Positions 1-12,345 are shown, numbered from the whole stretch's first letter. The stretch: 63,485 nucleotides of DNA, filler included, from Octopus bimaculoides (GCF_001194135.2; 8 parts of 8 records of this genome joined end to end with filler, not necessarily neighbours in it); one strand, 5' to 3'. The notes: generated from the letters alone by a model not told the origin. Translations and numbers: made by a program.

Positions 1-24
1 GTGTGTATGTGTGTACACAAACAA

Positions 25-142
25 GCTTCTAGTTTCCGCCTACCAAATCCACTCACAAGGAGGCTATAGTAGAAGTCATTTGGTGCGACGCAATGAGACC
101 AAACTTAGGGCCACGTGGTTGCTAATCAAACTTCTGACCACA
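25..142 (-). mobile_element. CORE-type SINE 5' fragment (family B)
   Basis: gtttccgcctaccaaatccactcacaagg...gaccacacagc matches the better copies at 37143 and 49762. Confidence 0.6.
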
Positions 143-338
143 CAGCTACATCTGCGCCTATGTATGTATGTATGTATGTATGTATGTATGTATGTATGTA
201 TGTAGGTATGTATGTGTAATTCCTTAAGTATTCGAGTAATATGCTTTTATTAAAGCTGCAAAGTCTTACATATATATATATATGTATATATATCGTTGGA
301 ATTAGAATCTTTACTCTGTATTATCTATCGCATTGCAG

Positions 339-743
339 ATTTTTAAAAGAATCTCTCCGGTGGCTTTTTGTGAACAATCGTTTGGATCGTGCAAAAGAGA
401 TTATACGACATGCAACGAAAATGAACAAAATAGAATTTGATCCGATTTGGCATAAACATGTTGAAATTGCCGGGGAAGAATGCGTCAGGTGCGATATCCT
501 CAATGATAAAACAACTACCATTCCTCTCATGTCGTCGAATAATGACAAAGATTCTGAACTTGATAAGAGTAGTTCCATAAATTCTCTGTTTACAATTGAG
601 CCACCGCCGATCACCATTGAGAATACAACCGAATATAATGTAACACCAGAAGAACCTCTAAGTAGCAAAGATAATCCTAGTTCTTTGACGCTGTTTACAG
701 ACCCGGCATTACGAAGTATCATGCTCATACAGATATACTGCTG
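339..743 (+). CDS. SLC22/organic cation transporter-like, internal exon (large cytoplasmic loop to start of TM7); upstream exons lie outside the window
   Basis: cattgcag| acceptor, tg|gtaagt donor (phase 2/2); encodes FLKESLRWLFVNNRLDRAKEII...LFTDPALRSIMLIQIYCW, matching SLC22 ESPRWL...LF..P.LR motifs. Confidence 0.9.
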
Positions 744-782
744 GTAAGTGTTTCATATATATATACATACATACATACATAT

Positions 783-845
<63 letters not shown>

Positions 846-849
<4 letters not shown>

Positions 850-2117
850 GCCATCTCGTAGATAATGTGGTTTTTTATATTTTTATTTTTCAAAATTAAG
901 ATGAACAGTTCTTTTTTAATCTAAAATATACTCTCCTTCATTTTCTACAATGCTCTTCCATCTATCTGGTAGACTTGCAAGGCCTCTCTTCCAAAATTCA
1001 CTTGTCCGTGACGAAAAGTACTCCTTCAATATTGTTCTTACCTCAATTCATATTTTTACCGTCCAAATGATTTTGAAGACTGCTGAATAAATGGTAATCA
1101 GATGAGGTAATGTCCGGCAAATATGGTGGGTACGGCATCGTTTCCCATTCAAACTGATCCAGCCATTAGAATGTCATCCTCGCTGTTTGTGGCCGAGCAT
1201 TATCATGATGGAAGAACATCTTTCGTCTTAAAACCAAAGATGGACGTTTTTCTTCTAGCGCTGACTTATGCCGCTCAAGCTGCTCGCAGTAGATCTCCTT
1301 TGTTATCGTTTTGTTTGGGTTTAAAAGTTCAAAGTGGACTAAATCTTTCATATCCCACCAAACAAAGAACAACGCCGTACGTGGGTGAAGACCTTCTTTA
1401 GCCCGGGGTGCCGATGTTTCTCATTTCCTTACCCACTGACTTCGGTGCTTCATATTTTTGTAGAGAACTCATTTCTCGTCATTAGTCACTATTCGGTCCA
1501 AAAACGGTTCATTTGTGAGACGTGACAGCAAAGAAGAGCACGCATTCACTCCCTTGCGCGCGGTTAGACCCGGAAAGTTTGTGAGGAACTCATTGACCCA
1601 ATTTACTGACTTTCCCGATAGCACGCAGGTGTCGATGAATGATTGAATGATCAAATCCAAGCTATTCCGCTAGTTCCTCAACAGTTACGATGGGATTTTG
1701 TTCCACCAGGGCTTGCAGGACATCTTCGCCGAGCTCTGTAGATATTCCAGGACGAGGCTCGTATTCTAGGCTGTAGTTTCCGGCTCGGAATTTCTGGAAC
1801 CACTGTTCACACTGGCTTACGCTTATTGTCCGACCCCCATATATTACATTAATATTCCTCGCACTTTCCGTTGCATTGTTGCCTTTATTGAACTCATAAA
1901 GCAAAATATGTCGAATATGCTCCTTTGTTACTTCCATTATAGTTTTGAAAAAAATAACTGTTAAAATCGAACTGCACTCTTCAAAAATTGCACTAAGAAT
2001 AAGCACAAGGTACATTTACTACTTGCTATTATATCAATTTGATGCAGGTAGTGTATTCCGTCCCCATCCGACTTTTCATGCAATTGAAAAAAACGCATTA
2101 TTTATGGGATGACCCAA
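846..2117 (-). mobile_element. full-length degenerate mariner transposon (1272 bp)
   Basis: 30-bp imperfect TIRs 846-875 / 2088-2117 (24/30) with TA on both sides; transposase from ATG at 1937 (MEVTKEHIRHILLYEF HTH, RIVTNDEK, HHDNARP, YPPYLPDITSSDYHLF) broken by stops and frameshifts. Confidence 0.92.
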
Positions 2118-2482
2118 TATATACATGTTATACAGGCTTGCCTAACCATTGTGTTACTAGAGCTACGAAACTCATTGTAGCTCGCATTTAAACATTGTGT
2201 ATATTGAATGATATTTATCTCTCACAGGATGGAGTTGATCCCACTAATAATGGAACAGTGCATATATACACATACATACATATATATAGACACCCCCACA
2301 CATATACATTATGTATGTATGTATCTATGCATGTATGTATGTATGTATGTATGTATGTATGTATGTATGTATGTATGTATGTATGTGTGTGTGTGTGCAT
2401 TAGAAAAGGTAATGCCAGATTTGAGACTCATGAAAGGAGCTTGTAATATTTATTTTCTTCAAATTTTATGTTTATAATGTGC

Positions 2483-2580
<98 letters not shown>

Positions 2581-2672
2581 TTAACAATACTCTAGTGTGT
2601 TAGTGTATGTGTGTGTGTGTGTGTGCGTTTAGGTTTAGAAATGCAAGCTAGAAGATTCCTCAAATTCTGTAA

Positions 2673-2870
2673 CCCTTTAAGCATTCAAATTACTCCGTCA
2701 AATGTAGTGCTTATTTATTGACATTGTTTTGAATTTATCACGTATTATCTTCGAAGCTTTGAGATTTTGATGATGCAATCTTTATTTTTAGAATGACATT
2801 GTAGGGTCGGTTTGAACATAAAACAGATAGAATATTTTGGCTTAACCCGGTCTGTTTAAACGTTAACAGG
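2673..2870. mobile_element. piggyBac-type MITE (degenerate)
   Basis: (g)TAA|CCCTTT...AACAGG|TTAA termini around ~200 bp of non-coding sequence. Confidence 0.5.
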
Positions 2871-4342
2871 TTAAAGTTCTCGTCCTGAAAAATCATCCAC
2901 ACCAGTTAGCAATTTATTGTAATAGTGTGGGAGATACATTGTTTATCTTTATAATCACAAATAGTGAGGTATATGAATATTTTCATAGAGACATTGCAAT
3001 AGTTTAACAAAACAAGTGAGCACATTTGGGAAAGAAGAAAAAGATCAGATATTTCACACGTTCATTTTTTCCTGTAGCGAAATGAGTTTTTGTGCAATGT
3101 CTAAGATAATTGTAACTGCACATGTGCACTAAGTAGTAATCTTTTTTGCAAATTGCTATGATCTACTGGGATTGGTGCTTACCTCGTGCCCATAGCAATA
3201 AAGAAATGCATAACATTTTCTCTCAGTGATGTTATAAAGTCGGTTAATCGCAGATCAGCCACGGCTGAACACGGCTGATCAGCCACGGCTGCTCAAAGGC
3301 GTTTCGCTAATGACTATTCTGTATTCCCGAATAAGGTAAAACGCAAGGGGGAGAAGACAGAAAAGGCACATATGAAGGGCTCTGATGAGTTAGTAACTAA
3401 TCTGAGAATTGAAAACATGTTTAAGAAAATGTAAGTTCTGTATATTTTATAGAAGTCACTAGATACTGTATTAAGTAATTTAAGGAACGAGAAAAATCTA
3501 GTGAAGATTCTTAATTCTGGTGGCTTAAAAAAAAAATAGATTGGCCATATTAGTGACGTATGTGAATTCCAGTAACTTTGGTTCTAATCAATTATATAAT
3601 TTCACGTACTTGGAAATCTTTATCATAATTACAGTTTCTTCATTATTGAGAAACCATCTGATAGCGTCCGCAATTTACAGTCGGAAACAGGAAATGATCA
3701 TTAAAGCCGAGTAGCAAAAACTCATTGTTGCCATTTCGATGCCCTTACAACGAGTTAATGTCATCACAGGAAATAAGTGTGACACTTGGTAATTAAATGT
3801 TTCGACCTTATACTCACTACTGAAGGAGTTTCTTCTCTCTAACTCAAGGCTCTGAGGAAAACAAAACTAAAGGAACATTTATTAGTCATTATGTTTCCCC
3901 ATTGCTTTCTTGCAAGCATTGTAGAGGAATCCAGGAATCGGATTTTGCGATGTGATTTCCATTCTCCACTGAGCTATTTCAGTTCCCTTGCTTCTTTGTG
4001 CATTCCTATTTTCCAGGTGAATTTTATATTGAAAGCGGATTGGGTCCTCCTACATTAGTACTCAGTCAGTATGAAAACGAACCTTTTGACGGAGACCATG
4101 TGATTCAGTGAGGATTATATAATGTTTACAAAATTCAGTTCTCACAGCATTAAGTCTATATTTATATCCAGGTAAACAGAACGAGAGAGAAGATTGGTCA
4201 AAGCCATGGAACACATGGTAGTGCTCGTAAGGGAGGTATTCGAACTGTTGATTTTTTCTTTGATATATTTGTTGCTCTATCGATTCAGCTACGTTATTTA
4301 CTTATTTAAATGAACCTTTACTTTGTTTATTCCTATTTACAG

Positions 4343-4477
4343 GGCGATCAATTCAATGTCCTACTACGGTATCTACTTAGCAGTGACGTCATTGAGTGGT
4401 AACAAATATTTCAACTTCCTTGTAACAGCAGCATGTGAGTTGGTTACTATGAGTTCCGTGTGGAAAGCCTTTATGTG
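4343..4477 (+). CDS. SLC22-like exon (TM7-TM8)
   Basis: tttacag| acceptor, tg|gtgcgt donor; (W)AINSMSYYGIYLAVTSLSGNKYFNFLVTAACELVTMSSVWKAFM; in phase with the previous exon. Confidence 0.9.
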
Positions 4478-4612
4478 GTGCGTAGAAATATAAATCTAAT
4501 TTCCTTCACAAGTCGTTAACATATACTTGCTTCGTGGTGACTAAGAATGTTGCCTAAACTGTGTCATAATGTAGTCATTATTGTCTATATATTTATGTTA
4601 TATCTCGGTTTA

Positions 4613-4700
4613 AGGAAGTCAGCTAGCAGAATCGTTAGCATGCCGGACAAAATGCTAAGCAGTATTTCGTCCGTCGTTACGTTCTGATTTCAAATACCGA
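4613..4700 (+). mobile_element. tRNA-derived SINE family A, 5' fragment
   Basis: agctagcagaatcgttagcatgccggacaaaatgctaagcagtatttcgtcc head shared with the 22619 copy. Confidence 0.7.
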
Positions 4701-4930
4701 TTACATTATCTATGAGCAGAGCCATAGTATTGAGAAGTCTATTTCAAAATCATATTCTGGCTGGTTCTATCCTGCTGCGCGACACTATGAGCAAGCATCC
4801 TCTACATTAGCTTGGGATCGACTCAGACACGCACGCGCACACGCACGCGCACGCACACACACACACACACTTTACTAAATGCTTTAACACCTTCATGTTT
4901 CTTAGTTTTATTATCTCTCTTTTCCGGAAG

Positions 4931-5016
4931 GTTTGGAAGGAAAAAAGCCCTCATTGGATATTTACTAATCGGATCGTTGTCCCAGTTTGCAGCAATATTC
5001 ATAAATCTTTATATCG
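4931..5016 (+). CDS. SLC22-like exon (GRK loop motif, TM9)
   Basis: pyrimidine tract + ggaag| acceptor (AAG, less common), g|gtaggt donor; (W)FGRKKALIGYLLIGSLSQFAAIFINLYI; phase 2 in, phase 1 out. Confidence 0.85.
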
Positions 5017-5053
5017 GTAGGTTTCATGATTCCTGATTCTCATTTGCCATCTG

Positions 5054-5093
<40 letters not shown>

Positions 5094-5098
5094 TCTCG

Positions 5099-5142
<44 letters not shown>

Positions 5143-5176
5143 GTCATCATCATCATCATCATCATTGTCATCATTC

Positions 5177-5208
<32 letters not shown>

Positions 5209-5311
5209 GTCATCATCATCATCATCATCATCATCATCGTCATCATCATCATCATCATCATCATTAGCAGCAGCAGCAGCAGCATCATCATCATCATCAT
5301 CATCATCATTC

Positions 5312-5349
<38 letters not shown>

Positions 5350-5389
5350 GTCATCATCATTGTCATCATCATCATCGTCATCATCATTG

Positions 5390-5440
<51 letters not shown>

Positions 5441-5453
5441 GCATCATCATCAA
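5054..5453. repeat. (ATC)n imperfect microsatellite
   Basis: direct inspection. Confidence 0.95.
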
Positions 5454-5658
5454 TGCTGCCCTGCTTACACTGATGAAGTCTTTAATTCAATGTTCCTAAC
5501 TTATTTGTAGGTGGGTCAAATAAAATGCTAAGCGGTTAATTTAATCTAGCAAATGTGTATCCGCTTGTTAGCGAAGCGATCCGAACCCCTGTTTACCCAG
5601 TTCAGTTCTTTATTTCGTCAAACATCATCTGCTCTTTAAATTGTTACCATATCTTCTA

Positions 5659-5715
5659 ATCTTATATTATAAAAGAGAAGTGGATCTCTGTCTGTCTGTC
5701 CGTCACAACACCTAT
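5659..5715 (+). mobile_element. possible Helitron/HINE 5' end
   Basis: atcttatattataaaagagaag followed by a (TCTG)n tract, the layout recalled for HINE/Lep1-type ends. Confidence 0.3.
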
Positions 5716-6020
5716 TAAATGGAATGAAGAAGAGGAAGAATCAAAAGAGGAGATAATCTCTGTCACAACGTATATTTTGGAGAAGGGGAGGAGAAAAAAA
5801 TTGTTGTTGAGATAGAAATACAGTAAGAGAGTGAGTGTGTGTGTGTGTGAAATATAGATAGATAGGTACTATTGTTACCATAGTAACTAAACAATTTTGA
5901 TTAAAAACGCTGGAATTTTATGCGCAAGTCAGTCAATAGAACACAGCACACACCTAAAAAGATTGTATTTATACATAATGCATTTATACATAATGCATAA
6001 TGTTGTTTGTGCATATGTGT

Positions 6021-6090
<70 letters not shown>

Positions 6091-6857
6091 AAGAGAGCGT
6101 GAAAGACAGATAGAAAGAAAATATTATAATCAGTAATTAACAAGTTTTGATAAAAAGCGCAAGAATTTTAAAGTGCAAGTCTGTCAACACAACGCAACNN
6201 NNNNNNNNNNNNNNNNNNNNNNNNNNNNNNNNNNNNNNNNNNNNNNNNNNNNNNNNNNNNNNNNNNNNNNNNNNNNNNNNNNNNNNNNNNNNNNNNNNNN
6301 NNNNNNNNNNNNNNNNNNNNNNNNNNNNNNNNNNNNNNNNNNNNNNNNNNNNNNNNNNNNNNNNNNNNNNNNNNNNNNNNNNNNNNNNNNNNNNNNNNNN
6401 NNNNNNNNNNNNNNNNNNNNNNNNNNNNNNNNNNACTGGAGATTATCTTGTAATCCAATGACTTTACATGCTAAATATATTAATAATCTATCGCTCTCTC
6501 CCTCTCCCTCTACCTAGCTATCTTTCTTTCCATCTGTCCATCTCATTTTCGATATCTATATGTGTGTGTGGTGGGAGGGGTGCAGGTGATTATACTTTTC
6601 TATTTGACTCATACACACAATCGCTCTCTCTCCCTCCCTGAATTTCCCACCAGCCAATCTTGCTCAGATCAATCATCGCTGAATATTTACAAATTAATCA
6701 CCTCCCAATAGTTCAAGGCGTAAATAAATCTCTATCAATGAAACGTTTACTGGATTCGAGTAACTAAAACTGAACGAGAGAGAAATCCAAGAATGTGTTA
6801 AAATAATCACGCTGCATTATCATCATAAACCTACTACTACTACTACTGCTACTACTG

Positions 6858-6949
<92 letters not shown>

Positions 6950-7100
6950 CCTTTCTACTAAAGGCGCAAGGCCTGAAATTTTGTGGGGACGAGACTAGTT
7001 GATTATATCGACACCAGTATTTCACTGGTACTTAATTTATCGACCCCGAAAGGATAAAAACAACGTCGACCTCGGCGGAATTTGATCTCAGAGCTTAAAA
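6950..7100 (-). mobile_element. SINE family A (tail variant 1), head truncated
   Basis: core gtcgacctcggcggaatttga plus tail cctttctactaaaggcgcaaggcct next to (AAT)n. Confidence 0.8.
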
Positions 7101-7104
7101 ACGG

Positions 7105-7159
<55 letters not shown>

Positions 7160-7226
7160 TAATAGTAGTAATAATAATAATAATGATAATAATAATGATG
7201 ATAAAAATAACAACAACAACAATAAC

Positions 7227-7261
<35 letters not shown>

Positions 7262-7458
7262 GGGTTTCAAATTTTTCCACAAGGGGAGACATTTTGGAGG
7301 GAGTGGATAAGTTGATTACATCAGCCCCAACTGGTACCTAATTTATCAACTCCGAAAGGATGAAAGCAAAGTCGACCTCGGCGGAATTTGAACTCAGAAC
7401 ATAGCGACGGACGAAATACCAACCCAGCGTGCTAACGATTCTGCCAGCTCGCTACCTT
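7262..7458 (-). mobile_element. SINE family A (tail variant 2)
   Basis: head, core and gggtttcaaatttttccacaaggg tail all present. Confidence 0.85.
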
Positions 7459-7466
7459 AATAATAA

Positions 7467-7534
<68 letters not shown>

Positions 7535-7546
7535 ATGATAATAATA

Positions 7547-8095
7547 ATGCAGGCAGTGGCCTTCATGGCTTCTCATTTTAACTGATTGCAAGTGTACATT
7601 GTTTTGTCTTGGTATAAAAGATGGGCTACAGCAAATATTCTGCTCAATACCACAGATTTACTTGTCAGTTGTTTGACCTTAACCAGTTGATCATGTCTCT
7701 GAGTGGCTGACGATATGTGCATCTCTGATCACGAGTAGAAATAGTGGGGGGAGCATCATAGCCATGTGTTGAGAGGAATTCTTTGGGGTTTGAACAATTC
7801 ACCTTTGGAAGCATAGGTGTTTTTTCAACATCTTTATACAACACTTACAGGGAATTTTTTAAAAACAACAGGGAATTTTTAAGCAGGATGGGCTACTCGA
7901 CCTGAAGAAAATTCTAACTGGGCTCCACCTGCAACGTCATGCGCTGTTAATCTTGATATGAGATCACTATGTCGCGCACATATGGTTGTGATGCATGTGC
8001 CTGGTGTACCCTTATCAGACGAGTAGTCATGATGGGTATAATGGGCTTCGTATATTTTACCCCAGTGTCGTATATTTTACCCCACTGCTCTCTCA

Positions 8096-8100
<5 letters not shown>
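7547..8100 (+). mobile_element. ~550-bp interspersed repeat with (AAT)n tail, probably a non-LTR 3' end
   Basis: colinear with the reverse complement of 24180-24626; followed by (AAT)n. Confidence 0.65.
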
Positions 8101-8167
<67 letters not shown>

Positions 8168-9010
8168 CATATGGCGCTGAAGGAAATCTAAGGGGTGACA
8201 GGATAGGTAAAGTCTTTGGTTCGAAGCTTTGGGAATGAATTACAATAGGAATGATGAGAAGAAATGAGTATATCGTATAGACTTGGAGTTTCTAAGTACT
8301 TAATTTGTTAAATCAGATGTGTAGAAGGAGGAAAAACCGACAAAAGAAACAACACATTTGTGGGCCAGTTATTATAGCGCATTGGTGAGTGTGTCTAGCA
8401 ATGAGATCAATAGCCTTTTACCCTGCACAATCTAGAATGTTGATATGTCTTGCATCAACATTGTCCTCGACATGTAAACAATTCTCTAATGCGGATATTA
8501 ATTGAAGTTTGTGTGGACCAGTAACTAACCAGAATTACTTTCTGTAAGGAGGGGATGCGTAATTTTAGGATGTAGATTTGATCCTTCCATAAAGTTCTTT
8601 AATATCCGCTTACAAAGCCTGGCAAACCAGCATGAGATGGATGTGTCTTCAAAATAAAACTGGTTTTCCTATCAAGAGTTTTTGATGAACCTACCTCGCG
8701 GCAAGAAACGCAAATGAGGGTAGTAACTTCAAACTCCTTCATTCATCAAATGCCCCATAGCAAAGCTAAAAGCGGTGCCCCAGTATGGTCACAGCTCTCA
8801 AGCTGAAACTAGTAAAGAAAAGTGTGATTGTAAAGCCACCATGGAAAGGTTATCAGTGAAGGTGACGTTTAGCAACTCGTACTAGTTTTTCTATTTCTTT
8901 AAGGACAATGACTGATTTTGAATTAAGAAACATACCTCACTGAACAAGATTGTGAACGACACAAGTCATCTCACTCATTCATCTTTTATTTTTCTTCCAA
9001 AATATTTCAG

Positions 9011-9131
9011 ATAAAAATTCAAAGTACATTTTTCTGGAAATAGTGGCTTCTACCCTAGGAATGTTTGGTGTTTCAGGTGCTTTTTCAGCTATTTGGGGTT
9101 ATCTACCCGAACTCATTCCAACGAATTACCG
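9011..9131 (+). CDS. SLC22-like exon (TM10, ELxPT motif)
   Basis: atttcag| acceptor, cg|gtaagt donor; (D)KNSKYIFLEIVASTLGMFGVSGAFSAIWGYLPELIPTNYR. Confidence 0.92.
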
Positions 9132-9558
9132 GTAAGTTACTTATGATCATATCACTTGTTTCTACCTTATGAAAATGTCCCTTCTCTAGTTAAACAAGAA
9201 CTACTCTTAGCTCACATCTTTTAGGATGAAACGAAATTATATATCCCCGAATCCCCCCATTGAGACCCTGAGGAATGCGAAGTTTCAGGTTCAGGTTCTA
9301 CTCACATTATTGTCTAAACGAATGGGGGTAACTGATGTATTTTAAGTTCAGTATTTTATTTATATTTCTTTTGTTCAGCTACCTTCTATAACCACTTTTA
9401 TGCAACCACCGCAAAAACCATCGAGTATTTACCATATCAACATTCACACATATGAAACTGCGAGCTTAAGTTGTTATTTACCTAGATTTCTAAACCATTT
9501 CGGTCTTTGACTTCAACATTTTATACTAATTATATAACCACTATTAATTATTTTCCAG

Positions 9559-9631
9559 GAACAGTGCCGTTGGTTTTTCATCGTGTGCAGCACGGGTTGG
9601 AAGTGCAGTTTCTCCATTTACGCTACTTGTG
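9559..9631 (+). CDS. SLC22-like exon (TM11)
   Basis: ttttccag| acceptor, gtg|gtacgg donor; (R)NSAVGFSSCAARVGSAVSPFTLLV, matching the R..G.G..S..AR.G...SP motif. Confidence 0.9.
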
Positions 9632-10012
9632 GTACGGAATTACAAAATATGCCGCAATAAAATTCTCTCTCACTCTCTCTCACTCTCTCTCTCTCTCTCT
9701 CTCTCTCTCCTCACCACCCCTCTCTCTTTCCTCATACTCTGTCTCCACATTACGACCACTCTTTCCTCCCATCTCCCTTTATTCTCTACTCCCCTATAAT
9801 CTTCCCTTCACCTAATCTTTTCTTTCCCCACATTGCCCTATCACTCTCACTCTTTTCACTTCACTCCATCTCCTCCACTCAACATCTATAACTTCTTGCT
9901 CCTTTACACTCCCACCTTCTCTCAATCTCTCTTTTTGTTTCTTAAAGTGTTTCCATTTCTAATTCAATATACATACGTACACACACACATACACACACAC
10001 ACACGCACACAC

Positions 10013-10058
<46 letters not shown>

Positions 10059-10510
10059 NNNNNNNNNNNNNNNNNNNNNNNNNNNNNNNNNNNNNNNNNN
10101 NNNNNNNNNNNNNNNNNNNNNNNNNNNNNNNNNNNNNNNNNNNNNNNNNNNNNNNNNNNNNNNNNNNNNNNNNNNNNNNNNNNNNNNNNNNNNNNNNNNN
10201 NNNNNNNNNNNNNNNNNNNNNNNNNNNNNNNNNNNNNNNNNNNNNNNNNNNNATATAGATATATAGTTCATAGATTCTCTCTCTCCCCCCCTCTCTCTCT
10301 CTCTCTGTGTAAAGGTGAGATCCAAGGATCAAGATATAGGAAGTTAGTAAGCTTCGAGCAGTCCGTAAAAGGCATAGAAGACTACTTTCAGGAATAGTAG
10401 TGGTTTATTGTCGTTGAAGGTTTTAATTTTTATGGACTTTTGATAAGCTGAAACAATTTATTTCGTACCTTATGATTATCAGCTTGGGATTGCTGAGTAC
10501 GCGAATAAAA

Positions 10511-10915
10511 ATCCAAAATTAAACAATGGAGTAGATAAAATCCAGACAACGTATGTTTCATAGCTAGCAGGACCTCGGAAATAGGAACTGCCCAAACGAG
10601 GGATAATTCCCTAGCTACTCGTCGGGCCAAAGATACCTTAATTAGATGAAGTTTTCATTGTCGATCGTCACGGGATCTCATGTTGACTCGCAGGAGATCC
10701 AATCGTTAAGGTGTGTAAAGCATTCGATTGGATCTCTTGCGAGTGAACGTGGGATCCGTTGACGATAATGTAAACTTCATTTCATTAAGGTACCTTTGGC
10801 CCAACGTGTAGCTAGCGGATTACCCCTCGTTTGAGCAATTACTACTTCTGAGGTTCTGCTAGCTATGAAACATATGTATCCTGGATTTTATCTACTCCAT
10901 TACCTCATTTTGGAT
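10511..10915. repeat. ~405-bp imperfect palindrome (Penelope pLTR-like) carrying a hammerhead-like motif
   Basis: arms 10511-10705 and 10725-10915 roughly 80% complementary by eye, 19-nt loop. Confidence 0.9.
10545..10628 (-). ncRNA. candidate type-I hammerhead variant (CCGACGA core)
   Basis: minus strand: GGC-CCGACGA-GTAGCTAG...CTAGCTAT-GAAAC-ATAC-GTT-GTC; stem I only 3 bp. Confidence 0.5.
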
Positions 10916-10954
10916 CTCGATCTCTCTCTCTTTCTCTTTTTTTCTCTCTCTCTC

Positions 10955-11021
<67 letters not shown>

Positions 11022-11451
11022 CAAACAAAAATACAATTGCAGAAAAATAAAAATTAAATTAAATTAAAATAAGAAAAAGTACATACAAAAGTACCAGCAA
11101 GTGCCAGCCAAAAGGTTCTTGATTTCTATCATTCATGACTGCATGATAAAGAACTTAACTTTGCAACCGTAGATTGATAAATATAAATGAAGATCAATAA
11201 AGATTTTACGGTTCAATTCATGCTACAAATGTTTCAATGGCATAGTTATTTATTTGCATGCAATGTATTACGACATCCTTATTTCATATGCTAGATTACT
11301 TGCTATTTCATCACGCATATGTGAACTATCGTGTAACAAAAACCAATCAATATTTATACATATATATGTGTGTGTGTGTGTATTTGTGTGTATGTGTCTT
11401 ATATATTCTCTGTATATTATATATTCTAACGAACTGCTCCTTTTTAAACAG

Positions 11452-11613
11452 GTGTCAATCATCCCCTGGGTTCCGCCGGCAGTATTCTCGGGTGGACTCT
11501 TCCTCGCAGGTGTATTGGTGCTACTTTTACCAGAGACACGCGGTAGACAGATGCCTCAATGTATTGATGATGTGCGAGCATGGTCATGTAAAAAGAAATC
11601 TGAAGATCAATGA
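11452..11613 (+). CDS. SLC22-like terminal exon (TM12, LPET motif, stop)
   Basis: tttttaaacag| acceptor, phase 0; VSIIPWVPPAVFSGGLFLAGVLVLLLPETRGRQMPQCIDDVRAWSCKKKSEDQ*. Confidence 0.92.
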   Translation: MSIIPWVPPAVFSGGLFLAGVLVLLLPETRGRQMPQCIDDVRAWSCKKKSEDQ

Positions 11614-11835
11614 AGTTCCTTCTGTCTCAATCCAACCTACCTTGTTGTTTTCTTATCGTTATTTTTATTGTTGTTATAATTGTTGTTATTGTTGTTGTCG
11701 TTGATGTTATTGTTGATGCTGTTGTTGTATTGCTGTTGCTACGAGGTTGAGACCTAATCGAGCAGTAATAAGAATCAACAGTATATATGATCTGTAATCT
11801 GCTGCAAAGAAAATATTGTATTTCCTACTTGCTGT

Positions 11836-11841
11836 AATAAA
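11836..11841 (+). terminator. candidate polyadenylation signal of the SLC22-like gene
   Basis: first AATAAA seen ~220 nt after the stop, followed by T-rich sequence. Confidence 0.45.
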
Positions 11842-12041
11842 ATTAATATTGATAGAAAAATATATCTGTTCATTTCATTCATTATTTATTTCGACATGTA
11901 TGTCTGTTTTTCAGTCAGTCTATCTATCTATCTATCTATCTATTTATGTTGCTTATTTTTGGTAGTTTTTTTTACTTATTTAGTCCCTCGATAGCGTGAG
12001 GCATTAATACACAGTTAATGCCCTTTATATATAATTAAATA

Positions 12042-12089
<48 letters not shown>

Positions 12090-12090
12090 C

Positions 12091-12202
12091 GTCGGCTAGT
12101 TGTCCGTTGGGTAGTTGTCTGTCGGGAAGTTGTCCGCCAGGCAGTTGTCCATCGGGCAATTGTCCGTTGGGCAATGGCATGTCGGGCAGTTGACCTAAAA
12201 CC
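12091..12202. repeat. 15-bp minisatellite, 7 units, ending in TAAAACC
   Basis: GTCGGGCAGTTGTCC consensus at exact 15-nt spacing from 12091. Confidence 0.9.
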
Positions 12203-12292
12203 GTTTTCTATACCAATCATGGACTACTCGAAGCTTACTAACTGCCTACACCTACATCATTGGATCTTACAATTACATATCAATATATATAC

Positions 12293-12345
<53 letters not shown>

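Noticed and set aside
321-728. 135-aa antisense ORF
   Set aside because: Shadow of the SLC22 exon on the opposite strand.
3380-3425. CTGATGA...GAAAACATGTT hammerhead look-alike
   Set aside because: Stem II does not abut GAAA and stem I does not pair.
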